Shown here in pieces: positions 42,408 to 53,683 of a stretch of DNA of 64,000 nucleotides. Numbering within the stretch: the stretch's first letter is position 1; each line of letters opens with the position of its first letter. Source of the DNA: an uncultured Verrucomicrobiae bacterium (GTDB taxonomy: Bacteria; Verrucomicrobiota; Verrucomicrobiia; Chthoniobacterales; JAFAMB01); contig CAWIPH010000002.1 in the NCBI GenBank assembly GCA_963837955.1, forward strand, positions 320,001 to 384,000. Reading direction: 5' to 3'. The notes under the pieces were generated by a model. That model did no database searches and had not been told where the DNA came from. It worked only from the letters and a program-made list of their open reading frames with translations. Position numbers and translations under genes: made by a program.

Positions 42408-43901
42408 TCACGGCACCGTGGTGACCATTCCGCTGAAATCAAGTTTGGTGCTGGATGTAATAATGTTCGGCGGCAGCGGTGTCTGCGAAAAGTTGAAACA
42501 GTCCAACATGTTGTTTGAAACCGCGTCCCGAGCAGTCAGCGACTTCAGTCCAAACCTCGTTTCGATCAGCTTGAGAGGAGAAGTCAAATCAAACCGAGTG
42601 TGATTGACATAACCCGCTCGCGAGTAAGGAGAAATGATGATGGCAGGTACGCGCGGGCCCCAGCCGTAAAGATCGGTCTGCGGGGGAGGGACGTGATCGT
42701 AAAAACCGCCGTAATCGTCCCACACCAAAATTATTGCGGTGTCTTTCCAATAAGGGCTTTGCATTACCGCATTAATCAGGTCGGTGACGTATCGCATTCC
42801 TACTTGGATATCTTGCGGAGGATGCTCACTTTCTTTGAAGCCCGGAATTATCCAGGAAACTTGAGGCAATGTCCCCGCCTTAATATCATCGTAGAACTGT
42901 TCCTTCTTAACCAAATGTGACATCAAACTGGGATCAGCCTTAACCTGTTCGAAACCGGCTAAAGGATTCCAAAGCGAATGGTTGTGAGGATTTGGCTGAC
43001 CCGTGTAGTAGTTCCAAGTGACACCGGAATTCCGGAGCAGCTCGACCATAGTTGGGAACGAATAGGTCGGTTCGACGCGCGGGCCACCGGGGTTGTTAAC
43101 AAGACCGCCGGATTGTGCCGCAATGGCATAGAGATGATTCGGCTCACTCGGACCCATGATGGAAGAAAAGAAATAGTCACACAACGTGAACTTGCGGGCG
43201 TAATCCCAATAGTTCGGGATTTCGTGGAAATCCGAGTAACCCAGCGTGTCAAGAACCCATGACGGGCGGGTACCCAGATTCGGGAGCGCAGCAGGGGTCA
43301 GAGCCGTCGCGTTTTGCTCTTCAACATCAGGAGCGCTCTCATCCTCATCGTCGACTGCACCATTAGGCGAAACCGCTGTCGCCAGCGGTTGCGTCGCAAT
43401 ATGACCACCCTCGACCAATTCAGGAATCGGGGTTGGAACCGGCTTGCCTCCCCAATAAAATTTTAGTGCCTGCGGCCATTCAGCCCACATAAATCCGTCC
43501 ATGCGTCCCTGATTCCAGGCTGTCCGAACCGCCTGCCAAGTGTGCTGGAGATCATGATGGATACGGGTAGCGGTTGAGTGATAAGGCTTAAACTTAGGCG
43601 GACCACCCGGAAGTTCCGGCAAAGTGGTCCCAGGCGGAATCCCGTTCGCGCCCGGATAGGTGCCGAAGTAACTGTCAAACGTGTGATTTTCCTGGATGAT
43701 ATAAATGAAATGATTAAACGGGATGCTAGATCCTGTTTGCGCCGACCCGACACCCAGCATCGCAACCGTTGCAGCCAGAATTCCACCAACGACTTTCGAC
43801 ATCCCTCCCGAAGCATAACGACGAAAAGCGCCGTCAGACCATTGCCGGAGACTTTGAGAGGCTTTCACCCGGTGATAAGAACAGCCATTGGGATCGGACA
43901 C
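42408..43901 (-). CDS. Phosphoesterase / phospholipase C (AcpA/PlcH family), copy 1
   Basis: [41 protein letters not shown]; start uncertain. Confidence 0.9.
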   Translation of the reverse strand: MSDPNGCSYHRVKASQSLRQWSDGAFRRYASGGMSKVVGGILAATVAMLGVGSAQTGSSIPFNHFIYIIQENHTFDSYFGTYPGANGIPPGTTLPELPGGPPKFKPYHSTATRIHHDLQHTWQAVRTAWNQGRMDGFMWAEWPQALKFYWGGKPVPTPIPELVEGGHIATQPLATAVSPNGAVDDEDESAPDVEEQNATALTPAALPNLGTRPSWVLDTLGYSDFHEIPNYWDYARKFTLCDYFFSSIMGPSEPNHLYAIAAQSGGLVNNPGGPRVEPTYSFPTMVELLRNSGVTWNYYTGQPNPHNHSLWNPLAGFEQVKADPSLMSHLVKKEQFYDDIKAGTLPQVSWIIPGFKESEHPPQDIQVGMRYVTDLINAVMQSPYWKDTAIILVWDDYGGFYDHVPPPQTDLYGWGPRVPAIIISPYSRAGYVNHTRFDLTSPLKLIETRFGLKSLTARDAVSNNMLDCFNFSQTPLPPNIITSSTKLDFSGMVTTVP

Positions 43902-44309
43902 AACTTCTTTTCAGAGGGTACGTATGACAAATTACGCGCTCGTAATCTAGCCACCGTAGTTGCAAGCATTGCCGCAAAGAGTAAAGCAATTTTCGCATGT
44001 TCGGACCAGCGCTGCGTTTTGCACGAGCGTCCCTAACTGACTCGCCATCCTAGGACGCTCACTGCACGTTGACGAAATGCTCTGAAATCCGGCGGATGGA
44101 CTCCCGGTGCATCCGGACCGTGGGCGGGTGGTGAGCGAGTGATTCCCGATTAGGCCCCGAAGACCGACCCATCGATCCCCAAAACAGATTGACACTTTCG
44201 CCCGCCGTCCTTTACCGTTTGGGGTGCTTGGCCACGTTCTCGGCCTTAGGTTCAAGTATTCGTGGCGCGCAAGTTTACCGGCATCGACGAATTCACTGGA
44301 GGAATACTC

Positions 44310-45014
44310 ATAAGTACAACGGCAAGTCCTACGCCGGAGCCTCCGTTCAACGGGGCCGAACTGGGCATGCTCGCCCATCTGTATCGAGGCGAGATGTATC
44401 GCAGCAAGGTCTGGCGTACGCGACTCGATGCGACGACCAACTGGGCCGTGGCGACCACCGGCATCGCTCTCTCGGTCGCCTTTAGCAATGCCGGAAACTC
44501 GCCCCTTCCTCTGGTTCTGGTGACGCTGATGTCTCTGGTGTTCCTGGCGATTGAAGCCCGTCGATATCGCTACTTCGACATCTGGCGCACTCGCGTGCGA
44601 ATAATGGAGGTTTCGATGTACGCCCCCCTTCTTCGGCTCCAAGGGGTGCGCGTTGACAACGGCTGGAACGAGGCGCTGGCCCGCGACTACGAGCGACTTC
44701 ACTTTCACATAAGTTTTTGGGAAGCCGCGGGACGCCGGCTGCGGCGCAACTACTCGTTTCTGTTTGGTGTTCAGGCGGTCAGCTACGCACTCAAAATATG
44801 CATTCACCCGACGCCGGTCAGGTCCCTCGACGAGCTGTGGGAGCACGCGTCGATCGGTCCGCTTCCCGGCCAGGTCGTGTTGGCCATAGGGGTTCTCTTC
44901 CACGCCGGATTGCTCGCACTCGCGCTCCTGACCTTGAAAGGGCAGCGCGCTGCCGGGCGTGTGGAAGGAGCCGCCGACTACAAAGACCCGACGGCGAGTT
45001 TGCGGATCGATTGA
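44310..45014 (+). CDS. DUF2270 membrane protein
   Basis: AHLYRGE..R...WRTRLD.TTNWAV, EARRYR, RRLRRNY; the SD-positioned start codon is ATA. Confidence 0.85.
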   Translation: MSTTASPTPEPPFNGAELGMLAHLYRGEMYRSKVWRTRLDATTNWAVATTGIALSVAFSNAGNSPLPLVLVTLMSLVFLAIEARRYRYFDIWRTRVRIMEVSMYAPLLRLQGVRVDNGWNEALARDYERLHFHISFWEAAGRRLRRNYSFLFGVQAVSYALKICIHPTPVRSLDELWEHASIGPLPGQVVLAIGVLFHAGLLALALLTLKGQRAAGRVEGAADYKDPTASLRID

Positions 45015-45122
45015 AACCAGTAGCCCGATCCCGCCGTCGCTTCGCAGATGGGGCCCGCTCGAAAGGGTAGCAGTTGAATCTGGAGTAGGCGGCCGTATGG
45101 TTTACCTGGAGGTATTCTTGAT

Positions 45123-45683
45123 ATGGATGCGAGTTCTTTTCTGAAGCGCATCATCATTATTGCGTTAGTTAGCGCGCTACCCACGTTCGTCAGTGTTGCG
45201 TCACCAGGTGGCGGCGGTCATTCCTCGGGTGGCTCGAGCGGCGGTGGCTCGAGCGGCGGTGGCTCCGCGAGTGGCGGTCATTCATCGAGTGGTTCGAACG
45301 GCGGTGGCTCCGCGAGCGGTGGTCATTCATCGAGTGGCTCGAACGGCGGTAACTCTGCGAACGGCTCGAACGGTGGCCATTCCTCGAATGGCGGTCATTC
45401 CGCGAGCGGGTCGAACGTTGGCCATTCCTCACGCGGCTCCAATGGCGGACATTCCGCCAGCGATCCGAGCAGTTCTAATATCGCAGTGGGAACCGGACGT
45501 TCTGTCCCCGGTATGCACGTTAGTTCAAGCAATGTTCGCAAACCTTCTATCTCAGCTGCCAATACGCGCATTTTCAGCAGTGGTGGGTCCTCTGGACACG
45601 ATAATAACTGGGACGGAGACGATGGCCGGTTGCGCCGTCATCGGCGCCTACTTTTTGGGTTCTTGCCGTTTTATGGCACCTGA
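45123..45683 (+). CDS. Secreted Gly/Ser/His-repeat protein
   Basis: Signal peptide followed by GGHSS/GSNGG repeats. Confidence 0.65.
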   Translation: MDASSFLKRIIIIALVSALPTFVSVASPGGGGHSSGGSSGGGSSGGGSASGGHSSSGSNGGGSASGGHSSSGSNGGNSANGSNGGHSSNGGHSASGSNVGHSSRGSNGGHSASDPSSSNIAVGTGRSVPGMHVSSSNVRKPSISAANTRIFSSGGSSGHDNNWDGDDGRLRRHRRLLFGFLPFYGT

Positions 45684-45714
45684 GTCTTCTCAAACTGTCG
45701 CCGCGATTTGCACG

Positions 45715-45982
45715 GGAACCAATAGTCTCCTCGCCTGCCAGAATCATTGAAGCGGCAAGTGCTGCAACTTTGTGATCCTTGGTCCAAGGTGGGCCTATAG
45801 AACTTCCGAGGCTTGAGATCCTGCGCCGCACTCGACTCACCCATTCCCGAATGTCGTCTTGGCCCGCTCATCGAGTTCTCGCTCCCTAATTGCCGTGACA
45901 GAAATTTTCAAACGTTCACAAGCTCTCCTAACCGCATTGCGAAAGAATTCGCCTTCGGCCGTATGAATCAGCGCGTGCGACG
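45715..45982 (-). pseudogene. Truncated, frameshifted duplicate of the 3' part of gene 46632-47279
   Basis: High DNA identity to about 46672-46940, with a 1-nt deletion near 45840. Confidence 0.85.
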
Positions 45983-46141
45983 CACGGATGCGAGGCACTA
46001 CTATTGAAGATTTTGCCGAAGGTCTGACCTCGTTGTAAAATTAAGAAATTGTAACGTTTCCGTCACGCTGGATTCATCGGCCTGCGCGACGATAGTTTGA
46101 GTGGGTCGAGACGCCCACAACAGAAATCGGAGAACAACCAG

Positions 46142-46459
46142 ATGAAAACTAAGATCGTATTTGCAACTGCAATCATCGGGGTGTTTGCACTTACCAGTTT
46201 AGCTTATGCGGGTAAGGAAGGGAAAGAAAACGAGCAAAAGATAGCTCTGACCGACATGCCGGCGGCAGTGCAAAAGACCATTCAGGACAACCTGGGCGCG
46301 GGCACCATCACTGAGACAGCCAAGGAAGTGAAAAAGGGCAAAACCGTATACCAGGCCCACGTTAGGAAATCGGGAGGCCAAGAGGTCGAGGTCAAGGTCG
46401 CCGAGGATGGGAAGCTCATCAGTGTCGGTAAGGAAAACGACGCCGAGCATAACGACTAG
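46142..46459 (+). CDS. Secreted PepSY-like protein
   Basis: Signal peptide; L.DMPAAVQKTI...EVKVAEDGKL. Confidence 0.75.
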   Translation: MKTKIVFATAIIGVFALTSLAYAGKEGKENEQKIALTDMPAAVQKTIQDNLGAGTITETAKEVKKGKTVYQAHVRKSGGQEVEVKVAEDGKLISVGKENDAEHND

Positions 46460-46631
46460 ATATCCATATTGACGACGGGGAAGTTGTGGTTTGGGCTGTG
46501 TAAAAGAGCCCAGAGCCGCAAAGCAAAAGTGAGCGACGAATTCGAGAGAGTTTCGCCGCAGGGCAGACCGCTCTCGGAAAGAGAGACGCTGTTCTTCGCT
46601 CTTTTGCCGAACTCCTTGGCGGATGCAGCGC

Positions 46632-47279
46632 TCAACTCCTTTCCTGTCCACTCTTCTGAGCGGCACGGGCAGAACCAACAATCCCCTCGCATGCCAGAAC
46701 CATTGAAGCGGCAAGTGCCGCAGTTTTGTGATCCTTGGTCCAAGGTGGGCCGATAGAACGTCCCAGGCTTGAGATCCTGCGCTGCACTCGACTCACCGCA
46801 TTCCCGAATGTCGTCTTGGCCCGCTGATCGAGTTCTCGCTCCCTAATTGCCGTGACAGAAATTTTCAAACGTTCACAAGCTTTCCTGACGGCATTGCGGA
46901 AGAATTCGCCTTCCGCCGTATGAATCAGCGCGTGCGACGCGAGAATTTTCGAAAGAGACGGCAGAGGGCGACCTGAGGCTAAGAGCACGGCAGAACCTAC
47001 GATTCGATAGCGGCGCCCGTCCAATTCCCGGACGACTTCCCCGACAGCCGCCAAAGCCGAGCGCTCCGAGACGGCTGCACAGTTCGCAAGGTAACTCTCC
47101 AACTCCGCCAGTCCGAGGCTCGCTGCATAGTGATAGGGTTGGTTGGCCCCGGGCATTCTCGGATCCGTGGTGACGATGCGCCTTCGGTCGAGTAGCTCCA
47201 CCGAGTTGGCATCTCCGGAAACGGCCACGAGCACTCCCCAACCGGAATGCATTCGAACGCCCAGGGCTGCGCGCTTCAT
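46632..47279 (-). CDS. Conserved hypothetical protein
   Basis: AALGVRMHSGW, ILASHALIHTAEG, GPPWTKD.K. Confidence 0.75.
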   Translation of the reverse strand: MKRAALGVRMHSGWGVLVAVSGDANSVELLDRRRIVTTDPRMPGANQPYHYAASLGLAELESYLANCAAVSERSALAAVGEVVRELDGRRYRIVGSAVLLASGRPLPSLSKILASHALIHTAEGEFFRNAVRKACERLKISVTAIRERELDQRAKTTFGNAVSRVQRRISSLGRSIGPPWTKDHKTAALAASMVLACEGIVGSARAAQKSGQERS

Positions 47280-47436
47280 GTTTCAGGTTTTCCAGTGACG
47301 TGCTGCGGAGGCAAAGACTGGTGAGCCAGCGCGCGAGCAGAACCCGCTCGACGAAGGCGGCCGCAACCCGCCTCCAAAGCAGCCTGTAATTAGAGTATCT
47401 CGTTATCTGTTCAAACACGTGCCACCAAGCTGCCTA

Positions 47437-48924
47437 TCACGGCACCGTGGTGACCATTCCGCTGAAATCAAGTTTGGTGCTGGATGTAATAATGTCCGGC
47501 GGCAGCGGTGTCTGCGAAAAATTGAAACAGTCCAACATGTTGTTCGAAGCGCCGTCCCGAGCAGTCAGCGACGAAAGCCCAAACCTGGTTTCAATCAGCT
47601 TGAGCGGCGAAGTCAAATCGAACCGGGTGTGATTGACAACACCCGAACGCGAGTAAGGAGAAATGACGATGGCAGGGACACGCGGCCCCTAGCCGTAGAG
47701 ATCGGTCTGCTGGGGAGGAACGTGATCGTAAAAACCGCCGTAATCGTCCCACACCAAAATTATTACTGTATCCTTCCAATAAGCGCTTTGCATTACCGCA
47801 TTAATCAGTCCGGTAACGTACTGCATTCCTATCTGGACATCTGCCGGAGGATGCTCACTTTCTTTGAAGCCCGGAATTATCCAGGAAACTTGAGGCAACG
47901 TCCCCGCCTTCAGATCAGCGTAGAACTGCGCCTGCTTAACCAAATGTGACATCAAGCCGGGGTCACTCTGAAACTTTTTGAAACCAGGTAAAGGATTCCA
48001 AAACGAATGTTTGAGGGGATTTGGCGTGTAGTAGTTCCAAGTGACACCGGAATTCCGGAGCAGCTCGGCCATGGTTGGGAACGAATAGGTCGGTTCGGCA
48101 CTCGGACCAGCAGGGTTGTAAACGAGACCGCCGGATTGTGCCGCCACGGTATAGAGATGATTCGGCTCGCTTGGACCCATGAGCGACGAGAAAAAATAGT
48201 CACACAGCGTGAACCTGCGGGCGTAATCCCAATAGTTAGGGATTTCGTGGAAATCCATGTAAGCCAGCGTGTCGAGAACCCATGACGGGCGGGAGCCCGG
48301 ATTCGGGAGCGCAGCCGGAGTCAAAGCCGCCGTGTTCTGCTCTTCAATATCAGGAGCACTCTCATCCTCATCGTCGGCTGCACCATTAGGCGAAAGGGCT
48401 GTCACTACCGGTCGAGTCGAAGTAGGACTTTGGACCAATCCAGGAATCGGGGTCGGAACAGGCTTGGCTCCCCAATAAAATCTGAGCGCCTCCGGCCATT
48501 CAGCCCACATAAACCCGTCCATGCGCCCTTGATCCCAGGCTGTCCGAGCCGCCTGCCAGGTGTGCCCGAGATCATGAGGGACATGAGTAGCGGTTAAGTG
48601 AAAGGGCTTATATTTAGGCGAACCACCCGGAAGTTCCGGCAAAGTAGTTCCTGGCGGAATCCCGTTCGCGCCCGGATAGGTGCCGAAGTAACTGTCAAAC
48701 GTGTGATTTTCCTGGATGATATAGATGAAGTGGTTAACCGGGATGTTAGATCCTGTCTGCGCAGACGCGATACCCAGCATCGTAACCGTTGCCGCCAGAA
48801 TTCCGGCAGCGACTTCCGACATCCTTTCCGAAGCATAGCGCCGAAAAGCGCCATCGGGGGACTGCCGTAGCCTTAGAAAGGCTTTCACCCTGATGATATG
48901 ACCAGCCATTTCGATTGGACACAA
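47437..48924 (-). pseudogene. Phosphoesterase/PLC copy 2 with in-frame TAG at 47689-47691
   Basis: Paralog of 42408-43901; DLYG*GPRVP versus [10 protein letters not shown]; frame stays open to the same C-terminus. Confidence 0.88.
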
Positions 48925-49552
48925 CGTTATTCAGGGGCTCCGTCTCCTATATTGTGCGCCGTAGTCTAACCACTGTAATTGCCAGCAATTCTCGAGTTAG
49001 TAAGACAATTTGTTTGTTCTGATCAGTGCCCGAATTTAGCTTGATCAAACAAAGACCGGAGGCCTAGGTTCCCGAGCCAAGCGCCAAGATTATTGGAAAC
49101 GGCCAAAATGTTGTAGAGCGAAAAACGCCCGCTGATCTGCTAGAGGTAATCCCAAGCGTGTCTCCGATTCAGCAGCCTCTTCGAAGCCGCACGCGCGGCC
49201 GGCATCAACCAGAACTACGCCCGGCAGTTTGTCTCCGTGCTGATGGCTGATGAGCGCATACTGGTTCAGAAGATCCCGCGAGAGGAAGCAAAGAGCGCTC
49301 TTGGGTTTGTCCGCGCATCCTGTTTTGCTCTTCAGTCAATAACTGAACAACATATATCAATCGTGTATCATAACAGTGATGATTCAGCAGTGACGCGAAG
49401 GCTGGGGAAGATCTTTGAACAACCGTTACTACCGTTCTGATCGAGCCTTGGTTATTTTTTTGGAAAACCTCTGAAGGCGAACCCATCCGGACCGGGCAAG
49501 AAGAATTTGCATGTCGTCCCTAGCCCTGTTGCTCCGGTGCGATTCGCTAAAA

Positions 49553-49951
49553 TTATTCGACTCCCCAGAAAAACTTCGCCGACGGCGTCGCGTTTGTGGG
49601 CAATCGATCAAAGAAACCAAGATCGGCGATTTCCTCGGCAGGAAAATGCATGCGGACGGCGTGCCTCTGCACCGAGACTCTGAACAAAATTGTGATCGCT
49701 CCGCGCTTGGGTCGATCATACATCTGAAGATAATTGGTCGATCTAACTCCCAATCCGGTTTCTTCGCGCACCTCGCGTTTCAGGGCGCGCTCAAGGGATT
49801 CGTTCCGCTTAACTTTACCTCCAGGCAGCGTCCAAAGTTTTTGACCGACGGCTTGGCGAACAAGCAAGACGGAGCCTTTGTCATCCTCAATCCACGCCAT
49901 CACAGAGACTTCCTTCTTTGGGTTAAATCTTACGCGCTGCTTTTTCGGCAT
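49553..49951 (-). CDS. NUDIX hydrolase
   Basis: LPGGKVKRNESLERALKREVREETGL Nudix box. Confidence 0.92.
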   Translation of the reverse strand: MPKKQRVRFNPKKEVSVMAWIEDDKGSVLLVRQAVGQKLWTLPGGKVKRNESLERALKREVREETGLGVRSTNYLQMYDRPKRGAITILFRVSVQRHAVRMHFPAEEIADLGFFDRLPTNATPSAKFFWGVE

Positions 49952-50083
49952 CCTTCGGCTGCCTGAACGATGATAGTTGGGCCGACGCAAAGCGACAAAA
50001 TTTTTGTCTCTAGACTCTCGGACCCAGCTGCTTAGCTTCTCTGTGGCTATTTGATTCTTAGACTTGCGCCTCTCGCCTGGTAA

Positions 50084-50971
50084 GTGCCTTCACCAGAGTT
50101 TGAAATTCATTTTTCAGAGAACGAAATGGGAACTCGTGAAGATGTTGTCTCCGATTTTGCCCGTGATGGATTCATCGTCCTCAAGGGATTCCTTAATAAG
50201 CGCGAAGCGGCAGAAGTTCAGGGGCTTATCGAATCGGTCCGCAATTTGCCGCTAGAGCAAACCTGCATGCGTCCGCACAATACGCTGATACCGCTGCGAT
50301 GGAATAACCCCATCGTCCGGGTTCTTCTGATGTCCGAGCGCCGAGTGCAAGCTTTGACCGATGCAGTAGGCGCCGACGACCCGAAGTGGATTTCAGGGTA
50401 CATTAGTATCAAAGAAGCGCGTAGCCCAGCCTTGTGGTGGCATCAGGACTGGTGGTGCTGGGACCACTCCGTGAGTTATCAGCCCGAGGCGCCGCAAATT
50501 GCTATCTTGTGCTACTTGGCCGAAACGAGCGTCCATAATGGCGGTCTGAGAGTCTTGCCGGGCTCTCATCGCAGAAGTGCGCCCATACACGCCACCCTTC
50601 CGGAGGCACACAGTGAGGGTGCGATGGAACTCAAATCCGGACACCTGGCCATGGCCGATCTCCCCGGCCAAGTGTCGCTTGGCTTAAGAGGAGGAGACGC
50701 TGTCGCCATCGACTACAGACTGCTTCACGGAACTCATCGAAACGCCAGCACTACCAGACGCGACTGCGTAATTCTCTCATTTACGCCCTCGTGGCGGCGG
50801 CTACCTGAAGACATAAAAGGGCACCTAATAGACCATTCGGCACAGCCATGCCAGACCGAGGTCCCAGAAGCCCTCAAGCTGATCTCAAACCTTCTTCCAA
50901 CCTTCGCTGGAGTGCGGCGAAGTCTACCCCTGAACCGCAATGCACCAGCTAAATTCGAGATCTCCGATTAA
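50084..50971 (+). CDS. PhyH-family Fe/2OG dioxygenase
   Basis: WHQD, NGGLRVLPGSH, LLHG...N...R. Confidence 0.88.
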   Translation: MPSPEFEIHFSENEMGTREDVVSDFARDGFIVLKGFLNKREAAEVQGLIESVRNLPLEQTCMRPHNTLIPLRWNNPIVRVLLMSERRVQALTDAVGADDPKWISGYISIKEARSPALWWHQDWWCWDHSVSYQPEAPQIAILCYLAETSVHNGGLRVLPGSHRRSAPIHATLPEAHSEGAMELKSGHLAMADLPGQVSLGLRGGDAVAIDYRLLHGTHRNASTTRRDCVILSFTPSWRRLPEDIKGHLIDHSAQPCQTEVPEALKLISNLLPTFAGVRRSLPLNRNAPAKFEISD

Positions 50972-51284
50972 GCCACTTACGTCCGTGCAAAGAACTACCC
51001 AGAGGAGGCGAAGCAAGAAGTGCTCGATTCGCCAAGCAGCCCTTGATTCGGATTATGCCCGCTCTTTGGCAATAACTGACTCGGACCCGAAACAACGCCC
51101 ATTATTTATGCCATTTCGATCGTGTTCCACCGTCGTGGAACTGGAACAGCTTAGGTTAGTCTCCTCGGGACTCGGGACTCTGGAATCGCGAGTTCGAGTT
51201 TCACAATCCGATCCGCGCGGCGAGGAGGCGACGGACCTCGTAGATGACCGCGAAGCAGTTGCGGAACTTTCAGCGTCGGTTGCC

Positions 51285-51833
51285 TCATCGATAGGCCGCC
51301 AGCATGGCGTAGACGATGACGCCAGTGACCGAGACATAGAGCCAAATCGGGAAAGTGAATCGGGCCAGGCGCCGGTGCGCGGGAAAGCGACCGCTGAGCG
51401 CGAAAAAAAAAGTGATGAGAATCATCGGCAGGGCCACGACCGAGAGACCGATATGCGAGATGAGCAGCGGGAAGTACACATAACGAATCGCGCCCTGGCC
51501 TAGGAAGCGCATGTCGCCGTGAAGGGCGTGATTGGTGATGTAGGTGACAAGGAAAATAGAGGAAAAGACAAACGCCGTGAACATGGCTGCCCGGTGCTTG
51601 CTGACCCGCTTGGCGCGGATGAAGCAGAAACCGATAACCAGGGCGGTGGCGGAGAGGGCGTTGAGCAGGGCATTCACTGCGGGAAGGAAGAGCAGGTGGG
51701 TGCCCGTAACATCGGCGGGTGCATGATAATAAACGAGCCAGCAGAGGAAGAGGCTGGCGACGGCGCTGATGGCGATAATGGCGGCGACGATGCTAAGCGG
51801 GGTACGGTTCTCGTTGGTCGTGAGTGTCGTCAT
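51285..51833 (-). CDS. DUF420 membrane protein
   Basis: HRAAM, FLVTY, HRRLAR.TFPIWLYVSVTGV. Confidence 0.9.
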   Translation of the reverse strand: MTTLTTNENRTPLSIVAAIIAISAVASLFLCWLVYYHAPADVTGTHLLFLPAVNALLNALSATALVIGFCFIRAKRVSKHRAAMFTAFVFSSIFLVTYITNHALHGDMRFLGQGAIRYVYFPLLISHIGLSVVALPMILITFFFALSGRFPAHRRLARFTFPIWLYVSVTGVIVYAMLAAYR

Positions 51834-52152
51834 GGCTCTAAGGCAAAGATCATAGGTTTTCCTCTTTTGCCAACAGTTTGATGTCCTGGAGCAACCCCGC
51901 GGCCGCGCGGCATTGGAAACTCAGATTGACGGCCTCGCCAATGAGCGTCCGATGCCATGTATCGCCACCCCCGGAATCAGGATGACTGGACTGAGAGACG
52001 AGAAAAAATCTTCCTCCTCGTCGCGTACTTCCAAATCACCAAACGGCCTCTGCGGCTAGGGGCGTTGCAGCCTCGGGGGCAGCCACCCAGCGTGATCCGG
52101 GGCACCAAAGAGCCGCTTGAATCCTTGGGTCTCTCTGACAATCGACGGGTCA

Positions 52153-52536
52153 TCACTTGGCGACCTTTACCTCGAAGGTCACCGTGTTGTCCCCCCCAGC
52201 GTTCTTGATGACGAACTTGTATTTCCCGTCCTTCGCCGGCGTGTCTTTCACCGAACACTTCGGGCCGGGCGAGTCGTCCTTGCCGACTTCCTTGCCGGCC
52301 TCGTCGTAGACGTACAGGTGCACGTCGGTGTTCTTCGTGCCGTCCGTCGTGGCCTCGAACTCCTTCCCCGCCGTGAGGGTCAGGAGGTAGGCGACCTCGC
52401 CCTTGTCCTTCATCTCGATCTTCTTGCCCTTGAACTCCGCCCCCTTGCCCAGGTCGGTCGGCTGCTGTGCGGGACAAAGTGTGGCGAGCGCGAACACAGC
52501 CGCTGCTGCGGTGACGAACCGAGTAATCGATATCAT
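52153..52536 (-). CDS. Secreted PPC-like (pre-peptidase C-terminal) domain protein
   Basis: Signal peptide; DVHLYVYD..G..VGKDD, GKY; very high GC3. Confidence 0.65.
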   Translation of the reverse strand: MISITRFVTAAAAVFALATLCPAQQPTDLGKGAEFKGKKIEMKDKGEVAYLLTLTAGKEFEATTDGTKNTDVHLYVYDEAGKEVGKDDSPGPKCSVKDTPAKDGKYKFVIKNAGGDNTVTFEVKVAK

Positions 52537-53273
52537 TCCGGAATACAAAGCGTCTAACGTGCCAACGTTCATTGACTGTCGTTAACCGGTTCGGCTCCAT
52601 CGGGATAAGCGAAAGTGTCGCGTCGAATGCGTGCGGCAGGTATTCGCAACCCGCGAGCAGTGGTCGTCCGGAATCTCGCAAAGAGCGAGCGTAGAAACTT
52701 TGCCTCCTTCGCGCCTTCCGTTAAAGATTCTCGCGCCGTAAGGTCGTCGATGGTGCTCTCCGATTCGGATTCAGTATCCGAGTTGTCAGATTCCGCGAAA
52801 CGCGGCAAGAGCCGAACTCATCAAGGCCTATTTTTGGGGTTTCGCGGTTGTTCCTCACGACGGCCTTTGCTGCTGCTTAATCCAAAAAATGAAACGACTG
52901 CGTAAAACGCTGACCGAGCCGCTTACGTTATAACTGTACTGCGAGGAATGGCGGTCCAGGAGCCGACGGCGCCGGTCGCTATCAACTGCGTCGAGTTGTG
53001 CAAGTGGCACTGCGCGCGTGTGAGTCAGATGCCAATCGGCTCCAAGATCGAGGCCGCCGGTCGCAAACGAGTAACCAGATGCCTTACCGTCATTACTCAG
53101 ATGAACAAAGTCCGCGTAGCTTCTGTTCTGGACTCAGTAAGATCGAAAGACATGAACTCAGCCAGAACAGGAACAGTTACGCAAAAGCACATTAACGGAC
53201 AATATCTGATCGTTATCTGAGTTTGCGCGGAACCCAAGTGCGATTCGAGCTCTAAGTTACTCAGTGTCAACGC

Positions 53274-53300
53274 TGGAGGCGGGGGCGGGAATCGAACCCG
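53274..53300 (-). mobile_element. tRNA 3'-end fragment (probably tRNA-Cys), att-like island boundary
   Basis: Minus strand CGGGTTCGATTCCCGCCCCCGCCTCCA = T-arm + acceptor 3' strand + U73 + CCA; no D or anticodon arm upstream. Confidence 0.75.
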
Positions 53301-53473
53301 GTACGGGGCGTCCGTAGATCCTTTATTTACGCGCCTTCGCGGACTTCCTGGGTAAACCTTTAACGAATTTTTAACGTTAAAAGAGCCTAACCCGAAGTCT
53401 TTTCGGGCGTTCGCGGTAATCTTTCGGGGGCTTGCGTCGCTTCGAATAAAAAGTTCCCCGTTCTAGCGAGGGG

Positions 53474-53683
53474 ATGCAAGAACAATCCTTAAGCGACGTT
53501 CCGCTTACCTTAACGGAAGCGGCTAAATATCTCCAAGTCTCTACTCGGGTTTTACGAGAGTGGTGCAACCGGAACCTTATCCGACATAGCCGGGCAAACT
53601 ACCGGCGTTGGTATTTCAGGCGATCCGACCTGGACGAATTTCTCGATCGACGAGCCATAAATCCGAAAGGGCTATACGCATGA
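53474..53683 (+). CDS. Excisionase-like HTH (HTH_17) protein
   Basis: LTLTEAAKYLQVSTRVLREW...WYFRRSDLDEFL. Confidence 0.88.
   Translation: MQEQSLSDVPLTLTEAAKYLQVSTRVLREWCNRNLIRHSRANYRRWYFRRSDLDEFLDRRAINPKGLYA

Noticed and set aside
43947..44903. 318-aa minus-strand ORF
   Set aside because: Antisense shadow of the GC-rich DUF2270 gene
45208..45460. CRISPR-like or non-coding repeat array
   Set aside because: Repeats are in-frame Gly/Ser/His coding repeats with no unique spacers; no cas genes in the window
52569..53220. Short ORFs left of the att fragment
   Set aside because: No recognisable domains or consistent coding signal; possibly decayed cargo
53274..53350. Complete tRNA gene
   Set aside because: Only the T-arm and acceptor 3' strand are present; the adjacent sequence does not form D or anticodon arms
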